NCBI GenBank assembly: GCA_032718475.1 | Contig: JAUCBJ010006875.1 | Coordinates: forward strand, 1-41,984 | Length of the DNA stretch: 41,984 nt | Source: Nemertoderma westbladi | Taxonomy: Eukaryota > Animalia > Xenacoelomorpha | Direction: 5' to 3' | In this document: piece after piece, positions 13,512 to 22,810 of the stretch | How positions within the stretch are numbered: position 1 is the stretch's first letter | How the letters are laid out: each line of letters opens with the position of its first letter | Made by a program: the position numbers and the translations under genes | Notes under the pieces: generated by a model | The model's database searches: none | What the model was told of the DNA's origin: nothing | What the model saw: the letters and a program-made list of their open reading frames with translations, nothing else

Positions 13512-13662
13512 TGCGGGGGAGTAGTGTTTTATGGGTGAAAAAAAGTCATTCCGAGATAATAGCCTTCAAAGTTAAAACCTTCCCACGCAAAACGGTTTCT
13601 CTGGGGTCTGTTTGGATAATAATGGCTGGCAGGAAGGAGGCATACCACCAAGCTAAAATAGC

Positions 13663-16600
13663 GGGTTAGTTAGAGGTTTACCGACGACTGGGTTTGGTTC
13701 GATTTAACATAGACCGGGATAGGGTTAACCGGGTTAGTTAGAGGTTTACCGACGACTGGGTTTGGTTTGAGTTAACATTGACCGGGATAGGGTTAACCGG
13801 GTTAGATAGAGGTTTACCGATGACTGGGTTTGGTTTGAGTTAACATTGACCGGGATAGGGTTAACCGGGTTAGTTAGAGGTTTTCCGACGACTGGGTTTG
13901 GTTTGAGTTAACATTGACCGGGATAGGGTTAACCGGGTTAGATAGAGGTTTACCGACGACTGGGTTTGGTTTGAGTTAACATTGACCGGGATAGGGTTAA
14001 CCGGGTTAGTTAGAGGTTTACCGACGACTGGGTTTGGTTTGAGTTAACATTGACCGGGATAGGGTAACCGGGTTAGTTAGAGGTTTACCGATGACTGGGT
14101 TTGGTTTGAGTTAACATTGACCGGGATAGGGTTAACCGGGTTAGATAGAGGTTTACCGACGACTGGGTTTGGTTTGAGTTAACATTGACCGGGATAGGGT
14201 TAACCGGGTTAGTTAGAGGTTTATCGACAACTGGGTTTGGTTTGAGTTAACATTGACCGGGATAGGGTAACCGGGTTAGTTAGAGGTTTACCGACGACTG
14301 GGTTTGGTTTGAGTTAACATTGACCGGGATAGGGTTAACCGGGTTAGATAGAGGTTTACCGACGACTGGGTTTGGTTTGAGTTAACATTGACCGGGATAG
14401 GGTTAACCGGGTTAGTTAGAGGTTTATCGACGACTGGGTTTGGTTTGAGTTAACATTGACTGGGATAGGGTTAACCGGGTTAGTTAGAGGTTTATCGACG
14501 ACTGGGTTTGGTTTGAGTTAACATTGACTGGGATAGGGTTAACCGGGTTAGTTAGAGGTTTATCGACGACTGGGTTTGGTTTGAGTTAACATTGACTGGG
14601 ATAGGGTTAACCGGGTTAGATAGAGGTTTATCGACGACTGGGTTTGGTTTGAGTTAACATTGACTGGGATAGGGTTAACCGGGTTAGATAGAGGTTTACC
14701 GACGACTGGGTTTGGTTTGAGTTAACATTGACCGGGATAGGGTTAACCGGGTTAGTTAGAGGTTTACCGATGAGTCTGGGTTTGGTTTGAGTTAACATTG
14801 ACCGGGATAGGGTTAACCGGGTTAGTTAGAGGTTTACCGACGACTGGGTTTTGTTTGAGTTAACATTGACCGGGATAGGGTTAACCAGGTTAGATAGAGG
14901 TTTACCGACGACTGGGTTTGGTTTGAGTTAACATTGACCGGGATTGGGTTAACCGCGTTAGTTAGAGGTTTACCGACGACTGGGTTTGGTTTGAGTTAAC
15001 ATTGACCGGGATAGGGTTAACCGGGTTAGTTAGAGGTTTACCGACGACTGGGTTATGTTTGAGTTAACATTGACCGGGATAGGGTTAACCGGGTTAGATA
15101 GAGGTTTACCGACGACTGGGTTTGGTTTGAGTTAACATTGACTGGGATAGGGTTAACCGGGTTAGTTAGAGGTTTTCCGACGACTGGGTTTGGTTTGAGT
15201 TAACATTGACCGGGATAGGGTTAACCGGGTTAGATAGAGGTTTACCGACGACTGGGTTTGGTTTGAGTTAACATTGACCGGGATAGGGTTAACCGGGTTA
15301 GTTAGAGGTTTACCGACGACTGGGTTTGGTTTGAGTTAACATTGACCGGGATAGGGTTAACCGGGTTAGTTAGAGGTTTACCGACGACTGGGTTTGGTTT
15401 GAGTTAACATTGACCGGGATAGGGTTAACCGGGTTAGATAGAGGTTTACCGACGACTGGGTTTGGTTTGAGTTAACATTGACCGGGATAGGGTTAACCGG
15501 GTTAGTTAGAGGTATATCGACGACTGGGTTTGGTTTGAGTTAACATTGACTGGGATAGGGTTAACCGGGTTAGATAGAGGTTTACCAACGACTGGGTTTG
15601 GTTTGAGTTAACATTGACCGGGATAGGGTTAACCGGGTTAGTTAGAGGTTTACCGACGACTGGGTTTGGTTTGAGTTAACATTGACTGGGATAGGGTTAA
15701 CCGGGTTAGTTAGAGGTTTTCCGACGACTGGGTTTGGTTTGAGTTAACATTGACCGGGATAGGGTTAACCGGGTTAGATAGAGGTTTACCGACGACTGGG
15801 TTTGGTTTGAGTTAACATTGACTGGGATAGGGTTAACCGCGTTAGTTAGAGGTTTACCGACGACTGGGTTTGGTTTGAGTTAACATTGACCGGGATAGGG
15901 TTAACCGGGTTAGATAGAGGTTTACCGACAACTGGGTTTGGTTTGAGTTAACATTGACCGGGATAGGGTTAACCGGGTTAGTTAGAGGTTTATCGACGAC
16001 TGGGTTTGGTTTGAGTTAACATTGACCGGGATAGGGTTAACCGGGTTAGATAGAGGTTTACCGACGACTGGGTTTGGTTTGAGTTAACATTGACCGGGAT
16101 AGGGTTGACCGGGTTAGTTAGAGGTTTACAGACGACTGGGTTTGGTTTGAGTTAACATTGACCGGGATAGGGTTAACCGGGTTAGATAGAGGTTTACCGA
16201 CGACTGGGTTTGGTTTGAGTCAACATTGACCGGGATAGGGTTAACCGGGTTAGTTAGAGGTTTACCGATGACTGGGTTTGGTTTGAGTTAACATTGACCG
16301 GGATAGGGTTAACCGGGTTAGATAGAGGTTTACCGGCAACTGGGTTTGGTTTGAGTTAACATTGACATGGATAGGGTTAACGGGTTAGATAGAGGTTTAC
16401 CGACAACTGGGTTTGGTTTGAGTTAACATTGACCGGGATAGGGTTAACCGGGTTAGTTAGAGGTTTACCGACGACTGGGTTTGGTTTGAGTTAACATTGA
16501 CCGGGATAGGGTTAACCGGGTTAGTTAGAGGTTTACCGATGACTGGGTTTGGTTTGAGTTAACATTGACCGGGATAGGGTTAACCGGGTTAGTTAGAGGT

Positions 16601-16815
16601 TTACCGATGAGTATGGGTTTGGTTTGAGTTAACATTGACCGGGATAGGGTTAACCGGGTTAGTTAGAGGTTTACCGATGAGTCTGGGTTTGGTTTGAGTT
16701 AACATTGACCGGGATAGGGTTAACCGGGTTAGTTAGAGGTTTACCGACGACTGGGTTTGGTTTGAGTTAACATTCACCGGGATAGGGTTAACCAGGTTAG
16801 TTAAAGGTTTACCGA
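13663..16815. repeat. 68-bp G/T-rich satellite (GGGTTAGTTAGAGGTTTACCGACGACTGGGTTTGGTTTGAGTTAACATTGACCGGGATAGGGTTAACC)
   Basis: About 46 units; period measured 13801 to 13869. Confidence 0.98.
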
Positions 16816-17315
16816 CCGAGGGTTACCTTATAGGTTGTTACTTGTCTACACGACTCGAGGGTTACCTTATAAGTTGTTACTTGTCTATCATCTTTGTCTT
16901 TTCGTGTTACGGTATCACGTCTAAACTCCAACACGTGTTGAATCAATAACAATTAGAGTAAACTTTAGCAATGGATGGTGTTCATGGATTCATTAATGCG
17001 TTCACGTTCCTTTATGATTTAGGTGTCAGAAAGTGCGGGCTTTTTAGTAAATTTATGGCCTATTGTTCGCCCACCTGTTTTACTAACTGGAAGGGAGTAT
17101 CTTAAGCCAGTTGTCAATTGGGTTCGGCTTGTGTTTCCTACTGTGTGGATTGGCGTCGACGTAACAAAATCTATAAATGGGCCAACAAAGGGCATTGAGG
17201 TTCAGCGTTTGTTATTTTGTACACATCCGACACTGACCGACAGTGAGGTTGTTACTAAGGTGTCAGTTTGTATTGCTTGAGAGTATATGCGGCCATGGCC
17301 ATATAGCGGTGCGTG

Positions 17316-18033
17316 AGGGTTATGGGGCATCCTCCAGGGAGACACACTTCTTGTTCACCAATTCTGCACAATTCTTGTTCTGCACCATTCTTGTTCATAA
17401 TTATGGTTGCCTATATTCAACGCATGTCCTTAGATCATCATAATGATGATGGGGTGATGATAACTCCACCTACTGGATCCAGAAGTCGAGGAAATCCTGC
17501 CAAGTACCTAACTGATCTAGACTTTGCTGATGACTTACGAGTACTCTCAGAATCACTAGAGTGAGCCCAACGGCTCCTCAGCTCATTAGAACATGCTGCT
17601 TCTAGTGTTGGTCTTTTTATTAACTCCAGAAAGACCAAAATTTTGACAGTTAAACAGTGGAAGTCACCGAGAATTAATCGGAAACTTAAGGTCCGATTAT
17701 TTAGAGCAGCAGTAGTTCCAGTACTCCTCTATGGAAGTCCATGCTGGGCTCTAACTGCCGAGGACACCAAATCTCTGGATGCTACATTCACAAGAATGCT
17801 ACGCCGGGTACATTGTGTCAAGTACAATGCACACATCTCCAACCAGACACTATATAACATTGGAGTTGTCTTATTGGTTCCCCCAAGCTTGACACTAGAA
17901 CAAAATCTCCTCCGCTTTGCAGGACATTGATTTCGCCGTGAGGACCAGCCAGTAAATAATCTTGTACTTTGGCAGCCTCATGGAGTGAATAAGCATGGTG
18001 GACAGCCCATGACTTTCGTGAGACGCATCTTAA
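17316..18033 (+). mobile_element. RTE-like LINE fragment, copy 2 (internal deletion, truncated at TTAA)
   Basis: GILQGDTL..APFLFII and LDFADDL motifs; 17425 onward matches window position 1 onward; region equivalent to about 447-621 is missing; homology stops at CATCTTAA 18026-18033. Confidence 0.85.
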
Positions 18034-18289
18034 CCGTTTCAGTCCGTTTCACCCCCCCCCCCCCCCCCCCCTATCAAAAATCGGTTACAAACATAGAAGC
18101 ACTAAAAATGAGATACGCAAATTTCTTGACTTTTTCTAACTTTTATCGGCGCACCTTATGGCACTATTTTTATTTTCAACGGATTGCTACTTTTCGGTGG
18201 GTGCCCCCCCTTTTTTTCATAGTGTCTGAAAAAAAATCGAAATTTATTATAGACTTAAGATATCTATAACTATTGACTGCCTAATAAGG

Positions 18290-18548
18290 TTTTTTGGGGT
18301 GCTGATTACAATGAATTATGTTTTGGACTTACTCGGATGTGTGAAATTGTTATTTTTTGCACCCAGCATGTTGCACGAAAAGTGCTGGTAATGAAAAAAT
18401 TTCATTTTGTAACAACATCAAATCGACATAAATTTTATGTAAGAAGGGGTATTTTTGGGTGCTGATTACGATGAAACATGTTTTGGACTTACTCGGATGT
18501 GTGAAATTGTACTTTTTTGCACCCTGCATGTTGCACGAAAAGTGCTGA
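18290..18548. repeat. Imperfect ~160-bp tandem duplication, probably part of a non-autonomous DNA element beginning at TTAA 18030
   Basis: GTGCTGATTAC..TGTTTTGGACTTACTCGGATGTGTGAAATTGT..GCATGTTGCACGAAAAGTGCTG occurs at about 18299 and 18459. Confidence 0.6.
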
Positions 18549-20039
18549 CATTATTAATAGGAGGGCTGGGGCAATATTGTTAATAAGGCAGGTGGGTATA
18601 CTAGGGGTACCACCTACCTACCTACCTTACCTGTCTTACTTTCTTATTTTTCTTTGGACAAGCCTGGGCTGGGATAATGTGAATTCTATCAGGTCTGGAT
18701 GCTAATGTTACTTCAACAAAGTTTGCCTTGTGGCTTGCCTGAGGAGACATTTTCATTAAAGTGAATATACAATAAAATGTAAAATGTGTATAAATGTCAT
18801 AGAAATGGGATCTTTGGGAGGGGGTCACATGTTTTTATTTGGTATTCTTATTATTTGCTTGTGTTCGTTATTATTTTGGTTTTCATGGGTGATAAAATTA
18901 AATCAAAATTCAAAATTCAATATTTTGCATCAGTTATTAAGTATAGTGACCGTTTCTCTCAAGGGGGGCACGTGCCCTCGTGTCCCCCCTCTGGATCCGC
19001 CCCTGAACACATCTATATGTATATATTATTCACTCAAATACATGTTGACAAGGTCTAGTTAGTTACGCAGTTCTAATGTACGCAACTAAACTCTAGAACG
19101 TACTATGTTGTCTTGGGAATTAAATTTTGTTCTTAGGCCAGGTTGGGTTTTAATTGAGTACTTGTGGTTGGCGTGACGCGCTCCTATCATATTGTCTATC
19201 ACGTGTACTAGTACTATACCTATACCCACCATACAGTATGACATGTTTTTTGCCGGTTTTATTTCAGTAGTATTATTATTATTATTCAACATGTTTATAC
19301 TTTATAAAGGACATTTTACTGTTTCAGGAGAAGCAGTCTCGTTCTAGTGGAGTTGACTGATTAGAGTAGGTAGGCCTACCAGGTTGGTGTTTACTACAAC
19401 CCTAGTGGGCTGCCACAGGCTATTTACGTTGGACAAAAATCCCCCTTCAAAAGAAATCAATGGAAAATCTGGGACCAGGGATTTAGTCAGTGACGGCAGA
19501 CACAGGGTTTCCTTTAAACGGTGTCAACTGGGCAGGTTCACCAGGCCAGGCCGCCAGACCCCGAGGAGGTCTGTGCTGTTACTAAACCGCAGGCAAACTA
19601 GAAACAGTCTAGGAGACGCCATCGTACCTAAACCAAACCGCACCTCCGACTGATATTTCTGTAAAATGGGCGGAATGCCAGAATTCTTTATATTCTTACT
19701 TTACTATTTTAATATTACTATTAATACTTAATATTTTAGGAATTTGAAATTTGAAATTTGATTACTGATTTAGATTCACTAAGCATTGTAACTGTGCGGC
19801 TTTTCCTGTGGTATAAAGGGCACAAATGCAACTGCCATGCATAGTTGAATCAGTTGGACTTATAATACTAATTTAATAATAAACAGATAAATGAAATTTC
19901 AGAAATGAATTAAATTAAGAAACATTAATAACTATTTAGTTCATGGCACATTATTTATAAGTCGTTCTATAAGTCGAAGTCAATCAATGATAATAAGAGT
20001 CATCGATAGTCAAGCAATCCGCACCAACTCCATAATTGC

Positions 20040-20335
20040 ATAACTCCATAATGCAGCGTGCATTAAGAATGGAATGCCGGATTGTCGACAAAATTGCGCC
20101 ACCACAACTCCACCCCATCACTATCGCGAGATTAACCGCATCCTCAAAAGGTCAGGGTCCTTTAAGATGCGTCTCAATAAAGTCATAGGCGAACCACCAT
20201 GCTTATTCACACTTAATGAGACCGCCAAAGCACATGATTATGCACTGGCTGGTTTTCACGGCAAAGCAATGTCCTGAGAAGCGGGGGTGGCTCTATTCAA
20301 GTGTCAAGCTAAGTGGGACCAATGAGACACATCCA
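20040..20335 (-). mobile_element. RTE-like LINE 3' fragment, older diverged copy
   Basis: CCTTTAAGATGCGTCTCAA, CCACCATGCTTATTCAC, GATTATGCACTGGCTGG and AAAGCAATGTCCTG match the reverse complement of about 830-1110. Confidence 0.75.
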
Positions 20336-20751
20336 TTGCTATAATTGAATTATGTTGGTGTTTTAAGGGTCTAAGCAACGATTCTAAATAAAAAAAATTT
20401 ATTTTATTATAGCCATACAGTGTCTTCAGTGATATAAATTAAAAATACATTTAAATTGTATACATAATTTACATATTAAAAGTAGAAGGCCTAGGTACGC
20501 GTTGTGATTCAGTATAAATGAATGCCATCTATATCTTACTGTATCTTATCATAACTGCAGCCATAAATGACATATCGGTATTCAAGAGATGTGAATTGTG
20601 AAATGCAATCATTGCAAAACCAGTACAAATTTATTTACATCCAATCCATCGACTTCAAATTCATAAAAGTACAAAAGGTGTAATATTATGTTGTAACATC
20701 AGGTTTGTTCAGAAGTGGAAAAAATGGGAGCGCGTCACCGGGGGTTGAACC

Positions 20752-20797
20752 AGCGCTATACGTACGTTTCGGCCTAACAGGCCTCATCAGTAGCGCT
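20752..20797 (-). ncRNA. Minimal type I hammerhead ribozyme, copy 1
   Basis: Minus strand AGCGCTA-CTGATGA-GGCC-TGTTA-GGCC-GAA-ACGTACGT-A-TAGCGCT: 7-bp stem I, intact core, stem II, palindromic stem III, GUA cleavage triplet (cut 3' of the base at 20759). Confidence 0.9.
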
Positions 20798-21100
20798 AAC
20801 CAGCTCAGCCACTAGCCCCTGACACTCGCAGTCCCACCTAATCCACTTCTATTGAACGGGCAGTCTTAAGTTGCAAATATTCTATCTCTAACAGCGGTTG
20901 ACCTAACGGCCTCAAGTATGCTAGAGTGAAACAGGAGGGAAGTACAAATAAATAAATATTCAGCTCGGTATTGCTGCCAGGTGATATTAATTAAATAAAT
21001 TGGAGATGAGCTGTTGCAACTGTAATTAAAGGTGTAATATTATGGGTTTGTTAAGACTGCCCGTTCAATAGAAGTGGATTAGGTGGGACTGCGAGTGTCA

Positions 21101-21201
21101 GGGGCTAGTGGCTGAGCTGGTTAGCGCTACTGATGAGGCCTGTTAGGCCGAAACGTGCGTATAGCGCTGGTTCAACCCCCGGTGACGCGCTCCCATTTTT
21201 T
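21101..21201 (+). promoter_or_regulatory. tRNA-like Pol III internal promoter (A box, B box, T6) bracketing the hammerhead; mirrored on minus at about 20719-20819
   Basis: A box TGGCTGAGCTGG 21109-21120; B box GGTTCAACCC 21169-21178; TTTTTT 21196-21201; 5' context GGGGCTAGTGGCTGAGCTGGTTAGCGC resembles a tRNA 5' half. Confidence 0.65.
21123..21168 (+). ncRNA. Minimal type I hammerhead ribozyme, copy 2
   Basis: AGCGCTA(21123-29) CTGATGA(21130-36) GGCC-TGTTA-GGCC(21137-49) GAA ACGTGCGT A(21161) TAGCGCT(21162-68); GUA cleavage after 21161. Confidence 0.9.
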
Positions 21202-21371
21202 CCACTTCTGAACAAACCCATAATATTACACCTTTAATTACAGTTGCAACAGCTCATCTCCAATTTATTTAATTAAAAGTACAAAAGCATTTCACTTTCC
21301 TTGACTTTGGCTAGTAATGTGAAGTAGGATAAATTACATTATAATGGTTATAAAGTAGGAAACCACATCTA

Positions 21372-22700
21372 TTAATTATAATTATAATAGATAGCACAAT
21401 AAGAGGCAAGGAGCACAAATAAGATAAGGACCTGTGGAAGTCCGACTATAATGAAGTGGTTGCAGTGCGAGGACAGAGAGAGAAGGACACCTCGGGCAGA
21501 CCAAGATATGGTACCTATCAGTCGCAGGATCCAGACAGAAACTTCAGACGCACTGAGGCGAGAGTTCGTGGAACGGCTGTTTATTCTTACAGAGTTTATG
21601 GTGGAAACCATAAACTGTTGCTCGAGTTATAGAATGACGGTTTCGCTGGTTCGGGCAGAAACTGATGTTGATACAGTTTTCTTCGCGTTTGAGTCTGTGT
21701 TCCCAATATTGGTCAACAACGATGATGTTTTTTCTAAAGTTTTTTCTTGCACTAGGTGAAGAACCAAGGTTGGGGAGGCCGATTTGTGAACACCAAGAAG
21801 ACGTTTTATGAAAGTATCTTTAATTTCATCGAGTTCTTTTAAATTTGAAACTGTAAGGAATTTTGCAAATACTGGAAGCGCATAGATAACAATAGGGTAT
21901 ATTTTCATTCTGAATATTTTTAGAGCAGTTTCTGTAGATACAAGTTGAATGTTTGAGAGTGATCCAATAATTCCAAATGCTTTATTTTTCTTTGAATTTA
22001 TATGTTCTGTAAAGCTGAGTGATTGTTGAAGTATAACACCGATATATTCGTATTTTGAACACATTGTGACCTACTACTAGGATCGGCATGCTGCATTGCA
22101 GCTGCATTTTGAAGAATGCTGTGCCGGCTTGTCGACAAAATTGCGCCGCCACGGCGCCACAACTCCCTATCACCCATGACATTTGCTAGATCATCCGCAT
22201 CTTTAAGGCCAGTGTCCTTTAAGATGCGTCTCAAGAAAGTCATGGGCTGTCCACCATGCTTATTCATTTCATGAGGCTGCCGAAGTACAAGATTATGCAC
22301 TGGCTGGTCCTCATGTCGAAAGCAATGTCCTGCAAAGCGGAGGCGATTTTGTTCTAGTGTCAAGTTTGGGGGAACCAATGAGACACCTCCAATATTATAT
22401 AGTGTCTGGTTGGAGATGTGTTGTTGTGACCAGTTGCCCCCGTAAGTAAAGATGTCAGAAGCGATAGTTTCCCACCTTTTCTAAATTTTACAATTTTGAT
22501 TTTCGTTAAGTTTACTTCCATTCCGTTGAGTTGCACCATATTTCCACAGTGTTAAGAGCATCTTGAATATGTTGAATTTCACTTGAGTAAAACACAAGAT
22601 CGTCTGCGAAGAAAATAAATTTAAGTAAGTCTACAAACGCAGCGTACACATGGCGTCTGTACTAATTATACGCTCTACAAAATAATAAACTGCACTCAAT
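21372..22700 (-). mobile_element. Degenerate LINE RT/C-terminal fragment (second family), split by an RTE-like insertion
   Basis: 'FFADDLVFYSSEIQHIQDALNTVEIWC' near 22613-22533, 'KIVKFRKGGKL', then 'KYEYIGVILQQSLSFTEHI..KDTFIKRLLGVHKSA'. Boundaries approximate. Confidence 0.7.
22072..22423 (-). mobile_element. RTE-like LINE 5'-truncated copy with TSD
   Basis: Reverse complement of about 795-1137 with short (AGT)n tail; TTGTGACC duplicated at 22064-22071 and 22424-22431. Confidence 0.9.
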
Positions 22701-22810
22701 ATCTTAGATTATTGGTACTGAAACGAAAATTTCACCACACACACGTTTAATTTGGGAAATTTTGATTACTCCTAGTACCATGCTGTACACCGTCCCAAGG
22801 ACACCGTCAA

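Larger units (their letters stand above)
20678..21273. mobile_element. Non-autonomous hammerhead-containing retroelement (retrozyme/SINE-like) with internal inversion
   Basis: TSD TAAAAGTACAAAAG at 20664-20677 and 21274-21287; left arm 20678-21052 is a terminally redundant monomer (period 354 bp including an 11-bp insertion); right arm 21051-21276 is an inverted partial copy; no ORF. Confidence 0.85.

Noticed and set aside
18960-19006. GGATCCGCCCCTG transposon-like terminus
   Set aside because: No partner TIR or TSD found in the window.
21101-21190. Functional tRNA gene or intron-containing tRNA
   Set aside because: A and B boxes are present but there is no anticodon arm or proper T-stem/acceptor stem; the interior is fully explained by the hammerhead.
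20987-21276. MITE with ~65-bp TIRs
   Set aside because: The inverted repeat is a by-product of the inversion in the larger element; the TSD flanks 20678-21273 instead.
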